A stretch of DNA of 64,000 nucleotides from Lentisphaerota bacterium (GTDB taxonomy: Bacteria; Verrucomicrobiota; Kiritimatiellia; UBA8416; VGWJ01): NCBI GenBank assembly GCA_016873635.1, contig VGWJ01000012.1:197-64196 (forward strand), given 5' to 3'. Made by a program: the position numbers and the translations under genes. The notes under the pieces were generated by a model, which saw only the letters and a program-made list of their open reading frames with translations, was not told the DNA's origin and did no database searches. Shown here in pieces: positions 1 through 11,641 of this stretch (position 1 is the first letter of the stretch; each line of letters begins with the position of its first letter).

Positions 1-405
1 GCGCTGCGGGCCGAAGCCGAGGAGTTGCGGCAGGCCATCGCGGCGGAAGGCAAGTTCGGCAGCGTGGAGCAGGTGCTCGGCTCCCTTCTGGACGACCTGT
101 CCGAGATCGAAACCGCGGCCGGCCCGCAGAAGCTCGACCGCGCCTACGTGGCTTTCCACCGCAACCAGGCGCGGCGCCTGGACGTAACGCAGCAGACCCT
201 GGAGCGCATCCGCTCGGCCATGCGCGCGCAGCGCGTCTCCCAGCGCTACGGGATCGGGAAGGTCAAACCGCCCAGCCCGAAGACGACGTGGATGATCATC
301 TACGTTGTGCTTGGTTTCCTGGGTCTGGTAAGTCTACTGTTCTTCGTCCGCTGGTACGGCAAGACCAAGGCCGAGCGGATGGAGGGCGCAGAAGAGGAGA
401 AATAG
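1..405 (+). CDS. Hypothetical protein, 5'-truncated by the window edge. It is soluble with a single C-terminal transmembrane tail anchor.
   Basis: The ORF is open from nt 1 in frame 1 and stops with TAG at 403-405. The C-terminal stretch TWMIIYVVLGFLGLVSLLFFVRW is one hydrophobic helix. It is not an ATP synthase a-subunit, which would have 5-6 TM helices. Confidence 0.4.
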   Translation, partial: ALRAEAEELRQAIAAEGKFGSVEQVLGSLLDDLSEIETAAGPQKLDRAYVAFHRNQARRLDVTQQTLERIRSAMRAQRVSQRYGIGKVKPPSPKTTWMIIYVVLGFLGLVSLLFFVRWYGKTKAERMEGAEEEK

Positions 406-411
406 CGGCGC

Positions 412-1896
412 ATGGCGCTGGCCCTGAAGATAGACGTGCTGAAGCTGATCGAGCACGGCGCCGTGGTCGAGATCCGCCAGGACGTGATCAACGTTCAGGG
501 CCTGACCAACTGCATGAACGGCCAGCTCGTGGAGATCGGCGAGAATGCCGGCCGCGGGGTGATCGTGGGTTATGTGCCCGACCACGTGCTGGTGCTGCTG
601 GTCAAGCAGACCGGGCCCATCAAGCCGGGCGACCGCGTGCGCTCCAGCATGGATGAATTCCGCGTGCCCGTGGGCGAGGCTTTCATCGGCCGCCGCGTCT
701 CGGCGCTGGCCGAGCCGACGGACGGCGGCCCGCCCATCCGCAAGACCGCCACCCAGCCCATCTTCGGCACCGCGCCTTCCGTGATGCAGCGCATTCCCCT
801 CACCGAGGTGCTCGAGACCGGCACGAAGATCATCGACATGATGAAGCCCGTGGGCAAGGGGCAGCGCATGCTGATCATCGGCGACCGCATGACCGGCAAG
901 ACCACGGTGGGCGTGGACGCGATGATCAACCAGCGCGGCAAGAACGTCATCTGCATCTACTGCTGCATCGGCAAGGCCGAGGCGGCGCTGAACCGCGTGC
1001 TGGAGGCCTTCGACGCGGGCCGCGTGTGGGAGTACGGGATCGTCGTGGCGGCCACGGCCTCGGACCCCATGGGCCAGCAGTACCTCGCGCCCTACGTGGC
1101 GGCCAGCCTGGGCGAGTACTTCATGAACGAGAAAGGCGCCGACGTGCTGGTGGTCTTCGACGATTTCACCAAGCACGCCTGGGCCTACCGGCAGATCTCG
1201 CTGCTGCTGGAGCGCGCGCCCGGACGGGACGCCTATCCCGGCGACATCTTCTACATCCATTCCCAGCTCGTGGAGCGCGCCTGCAAGCTCAACCACATCA
1301 AGGGCGGAGGCTCCATGACGCACCTGCCCATCGTGGAGACGCTGCAGGGCGACGTGGCCGGCTATATTCCGTCCAACAGCATCTCCATGACCGACGGCCA
1401 GATCTACATGAACTCCACGCTCTTCGGCGAAGGCTTCAAGCCGGCCATCGACATGGGCCTGTCGGTCTCGCGTATCGGCAACCGCGTGCAGTGGCCGGCC
1501 ATGAAGAAACTCACCGCGATGCTGCAGCTGCAGTTCGTGCGCTACAAGGAGCTGGAGAAGCTCACGCGCATCAAGGCGGGCGTGTCCGCCGACGTCGAGC
1601 AGCGTCTCAAGCGCGGCAAGGTCCTGGAAGAGGTGCTCAAGCAGGAGGCCAACGCGCCGGTGCCCATGGAGGACCAGGTAATCACGCTCTACGCGCTGCA
1701 GAAAGGCTTCCTGGACGGCGTGGAGCCCGCGGACGTGAAGGGGCGCCTGCGTGACCTGGTCGGGCAGGTGCGCCTGCATCGCCCCGACCTCATCGCCGCG
1801 CTGAACGCGCACAAGTCCCTGACGGAGCAGATCAAGGAGGGGTTGGATGAGCAGCTTGGCCGGCTCGCCGGTTCCGCTCTTCAAGATCAAGGTTGA
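412..1896 (+). CDS. atpA: F-type ATPase alpha subunit (paralog 1). The arginine finger is intact.
   Basis: Walker A is GDRMTGKT, and the alpha signatures PYAAASLGEYF and SMTDGQIYMNSTLFGEGFKPAIDMGLSVSRIG are present. The N-terminus is about 20 aa shorter than canonical alpha. The start ATG lies 6 nt after the upstream in-frame stop, so no N-terminal extension is possible. Confidence 0.85.
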   Translation: MALALKIDVLKLIEHGAVVEIRQDVINVQGLTNCMNGQLVEIGENAGRGVIVGYVPDHVLVLLVKQTGPIKPGDRVRSSMDEFRVPVGEAFIGRRVSALAEPTDGGPPIRKTATQPIFGTAPSVMQRIPLTEVLETGTKIIDMMKPVGKGQRMLIIGDRMTGKTTVGVDAMINQRGKNVICIYCCIGKAEAALNRVLEAFDAGRVWEYGIVVAATASDPMGQQYLAPYVAASLGEYFMNEKGADVLVVFDDFTKHAWAYRQISLLLERAPGRDAYPGDIFYIHSQLVERACKLNHIKGGGSMTHLPIVETLQGDVAGYIPSNSISMTDGQIYMNSTLFGEGFKPAIDMGLSVSRIGNRVQWPAMKKLTAMLQLQFVRYKELEKLTRIKAGVSADVEQRLKRGKVLEEVLKQEANAPVPMEDQVITLYALQKGFLDGVEPADVKGRLRDLVGQVRLHRPDLIAALNAHKSLTEQIKEGLDEQLGRLAGSALQDQG

Positions 1897-3328
1897 AGAG
1901 AAGGGCCGGATCAAAGACATCAAGGAGATCATCGTCCGCATCGACGGCCTGCCCACCTGCCTCAACGGCCAGATCGTGGAGATGGGGCCGGACGTCAAGG
2001 GCATCATCATGGGCTACGACAAGTCCGACGTCCTGGCCCTGGTGCTGGGCGACCCCGGCAAGCTTCGCATGGGCAAGGAAGTCTCGGGCGTCAGCGAGCC
2101 GTTCCGCATCCCGGTGGGGGACGGCTACCTGGGGCGCATGATCACCGCGCTGGGCGCGCGCTGCGACCGCGGGGAGGACGTGGAGCCGGACGACTACTAT
2201 CCGGTCTTCCGCGATTCGCCGCCCATAACCTGGCGCGCCCCCGTGGACGAATTCCTTCCCTCGGGCACGAAGATCATCGACGTGATGGTGCCCCTGGCCA
2301 AGGGGCAGCGGCAGCTGATCCTCGGCGACCGCATGACCGGCAAGACGGTCATCGCCCTGGACGCGATCATCAACCAGAAGGGCCGCGACATGGTCTGCAT
2401 CTACTGCTGCATAGGCAAGTCCGTGTCGGCCCTGGAAAAGGTCATGGCCACGCTGCACGACAGGGGCGCGCTGGAATACACCGTGGTCATGGTGGCCACG
2501 GACAACGCTCCCGTGGGCGAGCAGTTCATCGTGCCCTACGCCGCCGCGGCCATGGGGGAGTACTTCGCGGCCTCCGGCCGCGACGTGCTGACGGTCCTGG
2601 ACGATCTTACCAAGCACGCCTGGGCCTACCGTCAGCTTTCCCTGCTGCTCGAGCGCCCGCCCGGCCGCGAGGCCTATCCCGGCGACATCTTCTACGTGCA
2701 GACGCAGCTGATGGAGCGCGCCGGACGTTTCAACGAGGAGCACGGCGGCGGCTCCATCACCTTCCTGGGCATTGCCGAAACGCTGCAGGGCGACCTCACG
2801 GGGTATATTCCCTCCAACCTGGCGTCGATGTGCGACGGGCAGGTCTGCCTGAGCAGCGCCATCTTCGCCGAAGGGTTCCGGCCGGCAATCGACTTCGGGC
2901 TCTCGCTCTCGATCATCGGCGGACGCGTGCAGCCGCGGATCCTCAAGCAGCTGAGCGGCCGCCTGCGGGCGGAATACGCCCAGTACACGGAAGTGGCCAG
3001 CCTGAGCAAGCTGCAGTCGGGACTGTCGGGCGAGGCGGAGCGCGTGCTGAACCGCGGCCAGGCGATCATGTCGGTCCTCCAGCAGGGGCAGAACCGGCCG
3101 GTGGGGCTGGCCGAGGAGGTCCTGCTGCTCTTCGCGCTGAGCCGCGACATGCTCACGTCGCTGGCGGACGACGAGCGCGCGGCTTTCCGGCGGGACATTC
3201 CGGCTTTCGCGCAGAAGGCCGATCCCGGCCTGCTCAAGCGCATCGAGGCGGGCGGCGAGATGACCGCCGACATCGAGGCCGGGCTCGGCAAGCTGATGGC
3301 GGCCTACTTCAGCTCGCTGAAACAGTAG
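1847..3328 (+). CDS. F-type ATPase alpha subunit paralog 2. The conserved SVSR arginine is replaced, so it is likely non-catalytic or degenerate.
   Basis: It is a full-length alpha-like protein with GDRMTGKT and PYAAAAMGEYF. The conserved ...GLSVSRIG motif reads GLSLSIIG here, an R-to-I change at the arginine-finger position. It overlaps the upstream alpha gene by about 50 nt. Confidence 0.8.
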   Translation: MSSLAGSPVPLFKIKVEEKGRIKDIKEIIVRIDGLPTCLNGQIVEMGPDVKGIIMGYDKSDVLALVLGDPGKLRMGKEVSGVSEPFRIPVGDGYLGRMITALGARCDRGEDVEPDDYYPVFRDSPPITWRAPVDEFLPSGTKIIDVMVPLAKGQRQLILGDRMTGKTVIALDAIINQKGRDMVCIYCCIGKSVSALEKVMATLHDRGALEYTVVMVATDNAPVGEQFIVPYAAAAMGEYFAASGRDVLTVLDDLTKHAWAYRQLSLLLERPPGREAYPGDIFYVQTQLMERAGRFNEEHGGGSITFLGIAETLQGDLTGYIPSNLASMCDGQVCLSSAIFAEGFRPAIDFGLSLSIIGGRVQPRILKQLSGRLRAEYAQYTEVASLSKLQSGLSGEAERVLNRGQAIMSVLQQGQNRPVGLAEEVLLLFALSRDMLTSLADDERAAFRRDIPAFAQKADPGLLKRIEAGGEMTADIEAGLGKLMAAYFSSLKQ

Positions 3329-3389
3329 TGGAGGCCGCCGCGCCTGCCCGCCGAAGCCTCCGGGCGAAGGCGGGTTGCGGCACAGGGCA

Positions 3390-3617
3390 ATGAAAGTGAC
3401 GATTCTGAATCCGAAGCACGTGGTGTTCGACGGCGAGGCCGCGAGCGTCTTCCTGCCCGGCGACCAGGCCGAGTTCGAGCTGCTCGATTTTCACGCGCCG
3501 ATCGTGAGCCTGCTGCGGCCCGGCAAGGTGATTGTCGACTGGCGCAAGGCGATCCCGATCAAGCGGGGCATGGTCAAGTTCGATCACAATGAGTGCATGA
3601 TACTGGTGGAGGAGTAG
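3390..3617 (+). CDS. atpC: F-type ATPase epsilon subunit, short form (N-terminal beta-sandwich domain only).
   Basis: MKVTILNPKHVVFDGEAASVFLPGDQAEFELLDFHAPIVSLLRPGKVIV matches the epsilon N-terminal domain. The C-terminal helical hairpin is absent. The listed ORF begins at a TTG (3375), and the ATG at 3390 is preferred. Confidence 0.6.
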   Translation: MKVTILNPKHVVFDGEAASVFLPGDQAEFELLDFHAPIVSLLRPGKVIVDWRKAIPIKRGMVKFDHNECMILVEE

Positions 3618-3648
3618 GGGTCTGGACAGCTTTGTCATATTCCTTGTC

Positions 3649-3837
3649 ATGTTCGTGACGATCATCGGCCCCTCGGCCGTGATCGGCGCGATCGGTCATG
3701 CCAGCATCCGGGCGCTGGGCCGCAATCCCTCGGCGGCGCCCAAGATCCTGCAGGCCATGATCATCGCCCTGGTTTTCGCCGAGGCCATTGCCGTGATCGC
3801 GCTGTTGATACTTTTCCAGTTGTTCGGAAGGGGATAA
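3649..3837 (+). CDS. atpE: F-type ATPase c subunit (proteolipid). The start may be an upstream CTG at 3622.
   Basis: It has two hydrophobic helices joined by a polar loop (GRNPSAAPK), with the conserved carboxylate in helix 2 (VFAEAIAVIALL). There is no Q or E-S/T Na+-binding signature. Confidence 0.65.
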   Translation: MFVTIIGPSAVIGAIGHASIRALGRNPSAAPKILQAMIIALVFAEAIAVIALLILFQLFGRG

Positions 3838-3876
3838 GCGAAAGGTTTCGGCCATACTGAGAAAGGAACCGAGCTC

Positions 3877-4623
3877 ATGCAAGACACAGTCCGCATCCTG
3901 GTGCCCATCGCCGTGGCGCACGTGTTCGTGCTCGTGGCGACGATTATCGTCATCAAGCGGCTTCTGCTCAGCGACTCCCTCAACGCCGTCAACCGCCTGA
4001 AACAGGTCGAGGCCGAAGTGCGGCGCAAGGAGGAGACCGTCCGCCGCGACATCGAGGAGCACGAGAAGGATTTCGCCCGGAAGAAGCTGGCGGCCGAGGA
4101 GGAGCTCCAGCGGCACCGCGAGGAGCAGGAGAAGGAGCTGACGCGCACGCGGGACCAGATCACGGCCGAGGCGCGCAAGGAAGCCGAGAAGATCATCGAA
4201 CAGGCCAGGCGCAACGAGGACAAGTTCCGGAGGCAGATCGCGCAGGACATGGAGGAGAAGGCCGTGGAATACGCCGGCCAGGTCTGCCAGCTGGTCTTCA
4301 GCGAACGCATCAACGCGGAGCTCAACCGGCACTTCGTGGACGAGCTGCTGGCCGCGCTGGACGAACTGGACGCCGGAAGCATAACGGTGGACACGGCCAA
4401 TGCCGAGTTCGCTTCCAGCCATCCCCTGGCGCCCGACCAGCGCGAGCGTCTGGAGAAACTGCTGGCCGACAAGTTCGGAGCCCAGATCAAGGTCAAGGAG
4501 AGCGTGCGCGAGGCCCTGTTGGCCGGGCTCGTGTTCAAGCTGGGCAGCCTGGAGATCGACGGCAGCCTGCTGAACCGCTGCCGCGAGGCCGTGGCGGAGG
4601 TGAAGAAGACGGCGAGAGTATGA
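3877..4623 (+). CDS. atpFH: Fused ATP synthase b/delta subunit (peripheral stalk).
   Basis: It has an N-terminal TM helix and then a highly charged coiled coil (KEAEKIIEQARRNED) as in subunit b. The C-terminus (ALLAGLVFKLGSLEIDGSLLNRCRE) matches the delta/OSCP C-terminal IDGS motif. At 248 aa it is too short for a complete delta N-terminal domain. A good RBS precedes the ATG. Confidence 0.6.
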   Translation: MQDTVRILVPIAVAHVFVLVATIIVIKRLLLSDSLNAVNRLKQVEAEVRRKEETVRRDIEEHEKDFARKKLAAEEELQRHREEQEKELTRTRDQITAEARKEAEKIIEQARRNEDKFRRQIAQDMEEKAVEYAGQVCQLVFSERINAELNRHFVDELLAALDELDAGSITVDTANAEFASSHPLAPDQRERLEKLLADKFGAQIKVKESVREALLAGLVFKLGSLEIDGSLLNRCREAVAEVKKTARV

Positions 4624-4719
4624 CGGGGTTGCTTCGCCGCGCCGGACGCGAAACGGCGGGAAGGGAAGCGGCCCGCTTCCGCGGTTCATTGACGGAGCGC
4701 TCGCGCCGCCCGTGAAACC

Positions 4720-7037
<2,318 letters not shown>

Positions 7038-7142
7038 GGCCGGCTGCCGGCGCGGAGACGCCCGCGTCCGGCGACGCCGGGCGGGGCGCGCCGAAAACCG
7101 GACTCCGGAAGCCGATGTCTCCTTCCGGCGCGAGCGTGTGAG

Positions 7143-8780
7143 ATGCCGCAAGATCTTGCCAGGCGACTGATCCAGACGGGGCTGGTTTCCGAACAGCGCC
7201 TGCGCGAGGCGCAGGAGACGGCGCGCGCGGAGCGCCGCAGCCTGGCCGACGTGCTCGTTGAATCGGGAGCCGTGGCGGAGGCCGACCTGCTGCCCGAGGT
7301 CGCCCGCCTGCACGGGCTGGAGTTCGTGCGCCTGGCCTCGCTTGCCGTTGAAGACGGGGCGGTCAAGGCCGTGCCCGCCAAGCTGGCTTCCCACTACCGG
7401 GTGATGCCCGTGCGCCTCGAGGCCGGGACCCTTACCGTGGCCCTTGCCGATCCCCTGGACGCAAGCGCGGTCGAGGATATCGAGACCAACCTCGGCTACC
7501 GCGTGGAGCGCGTGCTGGCCTGCCGGGCCGACATCGACGAAGCCCTGCGCCGGCACTACGGGGTGGGCGCGGATACCGTGGAACGCATACTCGCCGACAC
7601 CCCCGAGCGCCAGACGGAACTGCTCCCGGAGGAGACGCAGGACCTGGAACGCATGGCCGAGGACGCCTCCGTGGTCAAGCTCGTCAACCAGATCATCCAC
7701 CAGGCGATCAGCGACCGGGCCACCGACATCCATTTCGAGGTCGCGCGCGGCGGCGTGGCGGTGAGGCGCCGCATCGACGGCGTGCTCTACGACATCAGCG
7801 TGCCGCGCAACATCCGCTACCTGTACCCGGCCATCGTCTCGCGCGTGAAGATGATGTCCTCGCTGGACATCGTGGAGCGGCGCCTGCCGCAGGACGGCCG
7901 CGCGCGCGTGAGCATGCGCGGGGCCAACTACGACCTGCGCGTGTCGATCGTGCCCTCGGTGCACGGCGAAGACGTGGTGCTGCGCATTCTGCCGGCCGCG
8001 ATGCTCTTCGACCTGGGCGACCTGGGCCTCAACGCGCGGCACCTGGGCATGCTGGAAGAGCTCATCGCGCGGCCGCACGGCATCATCGTGGTCACGGGAC
8101 CGACCGGCAGCGGCAAGAGCACGACCCTCTACGCCTGCCTCACGCGCCTGAACACGCGCGACCGCAAGATCATCACCATCGAAGACCCCGTGGAGTACGA
8201 GCTGGAAGGCATCACGCAGACCCAGGTGAACCCCGCCATCGGATTGACCTTCGCGCGCGCCCTGCGCAGCATGCTGCGTCACGATCCCGACGTCATGATG
8301 GTGGGCGAGGTGCGCGATGCCGAGACCGCGGAGATCGCCGTGCAGACGGCGATGACCGGCCACCTCGTGCTCACGACGCTGCACACCAACGACGCCGCCG
8401 GCGGGGCCGTACGCCTGACGGACATGGGGATCGAGCCCTACCTGATAACGTCCACCGTGATGGCCTTTACGGCCCAGCGCCTCGTCAGGGTCATATGCCG
8501 CCGCTGCCGCGAGGAGTACGCGCAGGACGGACGCACCCGCTACCGCGGCGCGGGCTGCCGGCACTGCAACGGCAGCGGGTTCCGCGGGCGGGTGGCGATC
8601 TGCGAATTCCTCCCCCTGACCCCCGAGATCCAGACGCTGATCCTGGCGCGCTCGTCCGCGAAGACCGTTCGCGAGAAGGCCGACGCGCTCGGAATGCCCA
8701 CGTTGGCCCAGGACGGGTGGGAAAAGGTCGAGCAGGGCATGACCACGGCCGAGGAAGTCATGCGCGTGACCACGCTGTGA
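7143..8780 (+). CDS. gspE: Type II secretion / type IV pilus assembly ATPase (GspE/PilB family).
   Basis: It has an N-terminal GspE-N/MshEN-like domain, Walker A GPTGSGKST, the tetracysteine CRRC...CRHC motif, and Asp- and His-box regions. Confidence 0.85.
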   Translation: MPQDLARRLIQTGLVSEQRLREAQETARAERRSLADVLVESGAVAEADLLPEVARLHGLEFVRLASLAVEDGAVKAVPAKLASHYRVMPVRLEAGTLTVALADPLDASAVEDIETNLGYRVERVLACRADIDEALRRHYGVGADTVERILADTPERQTELLPEETQDLERMAEDASVVKLVNQIIHQAISDRATDIHFEVARGGVAVRRRIDGVLYDISVPRNIRYLYPAIVSRVKMMSSLDIVERRLPQDGRARVSMRGANYDLRVSIVPSVHGEDVVLRILPAAMLFDLGDLGLNARHLGMLEELIARPHGIIVVTGPTGSGKSTTLYACLTRLNTRDRKIITIEDPVEYELEGITQTQVNPAIGLTFARALRSMLRHDPDVMMVGEVRDAETAEIAVQTAMTGHLVLTTLHTNDAAGGAVRLTDMGIEPYLITSTVMAFTAQRLVRVICRRCREEYAQDGRTRYRGAGCRHCNGSGFRGRVAICEFLPLTPEIQTLILARSSAKTVREKADALGMPTLAQDGWEKVEQGMTTAEEVMRVTTL

Positions 8781-8859
8781 GGAGGGGGCGCGTGCGCCCT
8801 CCTTCGCGCGAGGCGCTTCGGAGGGCAAGCCGGACCCGCCGGGAGAAAGTGACCGGACC

Positions 8860-10068
8860 ATGCCGAGGTACCTATACAAGGCCAAGGCCGGTCCTGACCG
8901 GACCATGGAAGGGACGGTCGAGGCCGCGACGCGGGCGGAGGCCGTCGCCCGCGTTGACGCCATGGGCTACAGCCCCATCAGCGTCCGCGAAGCCGTCGAA
9001 GAAGGCGCCGGCGCGCGCCGGCGCGCGGTCTGGCGCCGCATTTCCGCGGGCAGCATCACCGTCTTCACCCGCCAACTGGCGAGCCTCATCCGTTCCGGCG
9101 TTCCGATACTGAGGGCGCTGAACACGATTCGCGCGCAGACCGGGAATCCCCGCCTGCGCGCGGTGGTCGAGGACCTGGGAACGGTCATCCGCGACGGCGG
9201 CATGCTTTCCGACGCCATGGGCCGCCATCCCAGGCTCTTTCCGCGGCTGTACGTCAGCATGGTGCGCGCCGGGGAGTCGGGCGGCGCGCTGGACACGGTG
9301 CTGTTCCGCCTTGCCGACGCGCGCGAGAAGGAGGAGGACTTGCGGCGCCGCGTGCAGGCGGCGGCCGCGTATCCCGCGCTGGTGGCCGCGGTCGGGGCGA
9401 TCACGATCTTCGTGCTGCTGTCGTTCTTCCTGCCGAGGGTGGCGGCGCTGTTCCGCGATTACAGGGACCTGCCGCTTCCCACGCGCGTGCTCATCGGCGC
9501 GAGCGATTTCTTTTCGGCCCACTGGTACTGGCTGCTGCTCGCGGCGGGGCTGACGGCGGCGGTCTTCCGGCGCGTGGCGGCCATGGAGAAGGGCCGCGCG
9601 CTCGTGGACGCGCTGAAGCTCCGCCTGCCCGTGATCGGCGTGTTCCTGCGGGACGCGGACATCGCGCGTTTCGCGCGCACCCTGTCGCTCCTGATCGAGG
9701 CGGGTCTGCCCATCGACCGCGCCCTGGAACTCAGCGGCGAGACCGTGCGCAACGCGGTGCTCAAGGAGGTCGTGGAAAACGTCCGGCGCGACGCGATCAG
9801 GCAGGGCGTGCCGCTTTCCGTCGGATTGCAGCGCCACCGCGATTTTCCGCTCTTTGTGGCCAACATGGTGGGCGTGGGCGAGGAGTCCGGCCGTCTCGAG
9901 GATTCCCTGTCGGAAGTAGCCGCGTTCTACGAGAAGCAGGTCGACCAGAAGAGCCGGCTGGCGGCGAGCCTCGTGGAGCCGGCGCTGATCCTGGTCGTGG
10001 GCGCGCTGGTCGGGTTCATCGTCTTCGCCATGCTCCTTCCCATCTTCAAGCTGGGCGGCCTGCTCTGA
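8860..10068 (+). CDS. gspF: Type II secretion / type IV pilus platform protein (GspF/PilC family).
   Basis: It has a duplicated GspF domain with three TM segments, about 400 aa, and lies directly downstream of gspE. Confidence 0.85.
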   Translation: MPRYLYKAKAGPDRTMEGTVEAATRAEAVARVDAMGYSPISVREAVEEGAGARRRAVWRRISAGSITVFTRQLASLIRSGVPILRALNTIRAQTGNPRLRAVVEDLGTVIRDGGMLSDAMGRHPRLFPRLYVSMVRAGESGGALDTVLFRLADAREKEEDLRRRVQAAAAYPALVAAVGAITIFVLLSFFLPRVAALFRDYRDLPLPTRVLIGASDFFSAHWYWLLLAAGLTAAVFRRVAAMEKGRALVDALKLRLPVIGVFLRDADIARFARTLSLLIEAGLPIDRALELSGETVRNAVLKEVVENVRRDAIRQGVPLSVGLQRHRDFPLFVANMVGVGEESGRLEDSLSEVAAFYEKQVDQKSRLAASLVEPALILVVGALVGFIVFAMLLPIFKLGGLL

Positions 10069-10148
10069 GGCGCGGGCGGGACGGGGCGGGGACCGACGCC
10101 TTCGCCGGGCGGCTCCGGCGAGCCCGGCCGGGCCCGCCCGGACGGGTC

Positions 10149-10976
10149 ATGCACATGAAGGTGCGCGCGAAAAAGAGCGTCGGCCGCGGAGCCGCGGCCC
10201 GCCTGCGGCCGCGGCTCGCGCTGCTCGCCGCACTCCTCGCCCGCGTTGCCGCGGCCGAAGACTGGTCCGTCCACGGCGAGAAACACTTCATTATTCACTA
10301 TGCGGGCGCGGACGGCTTCGCGCGGGAGGTGGGCCGCCGCGCCGAGCAGTACTATGACACCATCACGCGCGACCTGGGCATCAGTCGCCGCGCCGATTTC
10401 TGGCTCTGGAACGACCGCGTTCGCCTCTACATCTATCCCACGCGCGCGGAATTCGTCGCCGCCGCCGCGGCGCCGGCCTGGGCCGGCGCGAAGACGGACT
10501 ATGACGCGCGCGAGGTCCGCACGTTCCAGGACAGCCCGTCGTTTCTGGACACGCTCCTCCCGCACGAGCTGGCGCACCTGGTGTTCCGCGATTTCGTCGG
10601 CACCGGCGGCCACATTCCCCTCTGGCTGGACGAAGGCGTGGCGCAGTGGGAGGAGCGGTCCGGCCGGGAGGAGGCGGAGAGCCGCGCGCGGCTCCTGCTC
10701 CGGCAGGGCCGCCTGCTGCCGCTGGAACGGCTCATGCTTGCCGACGTGCGCGAGGGCGCGGGCGGCGGCGAGGCCGAGGCGTTCTACGCCCAGGCCCGCA
10801 GCATCGTGGCTTACCTGATCGAAGAACACGGCCCCGAACGATTCCGGCGCCTGTGCGGCCAGTTGCGCGAGGGCAAGACATTTGAGCAGGCTTTGCGATT
10901 TACCTACGGGGACAGAATTGATAGCATGGCCGCGCTGGAGTCGCAGTGGCGCAAGTACGTGGAGGAATCGCAATGA
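10149..10976 (+). CDS. Secreted HExxH (gluzincin-like) metallopeptidase-family protein embedded in the T2SS operon.
   Basis: There is an N-terminal signal peptide (RLALLAALLARVAAA). The HELAH motif is followed about 20 aa later by WLDEGVAQWEE, a candidate third zinc ligand. It sits between gspF and gspG. Confidence 0.5.
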   Translation: MHMKVRAKKSVGRGAAARLRPRLALLAALLARVAAAEDWSVHGEKHFIIHYAGADGFAREVGRRAEQYYDTITRDLGISRRADFWLWNDRVRLYIYPTRAEFVAAAAAPAWAGAKTDYDAREVRTFQDSPSFLDTLLPHELAHLVFRDFVGTGGHIPLWLDEGVAQWEERSGREEAESRARLLLRQGRLLPLERLMLADVREGAGGGEAEAFYAQARSIVAYLIEEHGPERFRRLCGQLREGKTFEQALRFTYGDRIDSMAALESQWRKYVEESQ

Positions 10977-11488
10977 GAACGCCCCATACCCGCATCGGAA
11001 ACCGTCAGTCGCGGCGCAACAGCCGAGGCGCCCCGCGGCCCCCGGGCGCGGGCGGACGCGCGGGCGGCGGCTGTCCGGCCAACCCCTCGCCCGCCTCCGG
11101 TTTCACGCTGATCGAGCTGATGGTCGTGGTGATCATCATCGCGGCGCTGGCCGGCATGGTGCTGCCGCGCGTCCTGCCGGCGACCGATGAGGCCAAGAGC
11201 AACATCGCCCTGGGCGACATCGCGGGCATCACGCTGGCCCTGAAGATGTACCGGTTGCACAACGACCGTTTTCCTTCCACGGAGGAAGGGCTCGACGCCC
11301 TGATGGCGGCCCCTTCCACGGCCCGCAACTGGAAGGGCCCCTACCTGGAGAAGAAGGCCCGCGACCCGTGGAAACGCCCCTACAACTACCGCTATCCGGG
11401 CAGTCACAACCCGCACGGTTTCGACATCTGGTCGCTGGGCCCCAGCGAGGAAGACGCCGGCGACGATGTGACCAACTGGGGGGAATGA
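10973..11488 (+). CDS. gspG: Major pseudopilin (GspG family) with an unusually long leader.
   Basis: It has the prepilin processing motif G|FTLIELMVVVIIIAALAG and the GspG core (ALKMYRLHNDRFPSTEEGLDAL...WKGPY...DPWKRPYNYRYPG). Its ATG overlaps the upstream stop (ATGA). Confidence 0.75.
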   Translation: MRTPHTRIGNRQSRRNSRGAPRPPGAGGRAGGGCPANPSPASGFTLIELMVVVIIIAALAGMVLPRVLPATDEAKSNIALGDIAGITLALKMYRLHNDRFPSTEEGLDALMAAPSTARNWKGPYLEKKARDPWKRPYNYRYPGSHNPHGFDIWSLGPSEEDAGDDVTNWGE

Positions 11489-11641
11489 GAGTCCGCGCCG
11501 GCGTGTTCTCCGGAGCCTGAAAGGCGAAGGAGGAAGCGCGGACCGCAAACGCGTTGTCTGCGGCGGCTTGCGTATTGCCCGAAGGAGAAGACGCGTATGC
11601 AGCGCCGGCTCCAGCCGGTCCCGGACAAGGCAGGAGCGAGA

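Noticed and set aside
334-2010. A 558-aa minus-strand ORF antisense to the two alpha genes, and many similar long antisense or out-of-frame ORFs (for example 3574-5661, 5211-8963, 10904-14221, 15799-17394, 30655-32652, 45188-47791, 48908-51205, 51346-53055, 53393-55180).
   Set aside because: At about 70% GC, stop codons are rare in non-coding frames. These ORFs overlap strongly supported genes on the other strand or frame and encode Arg/Ala/Gly/Pro-rich low-complexity sequence with no recognisable motifs.
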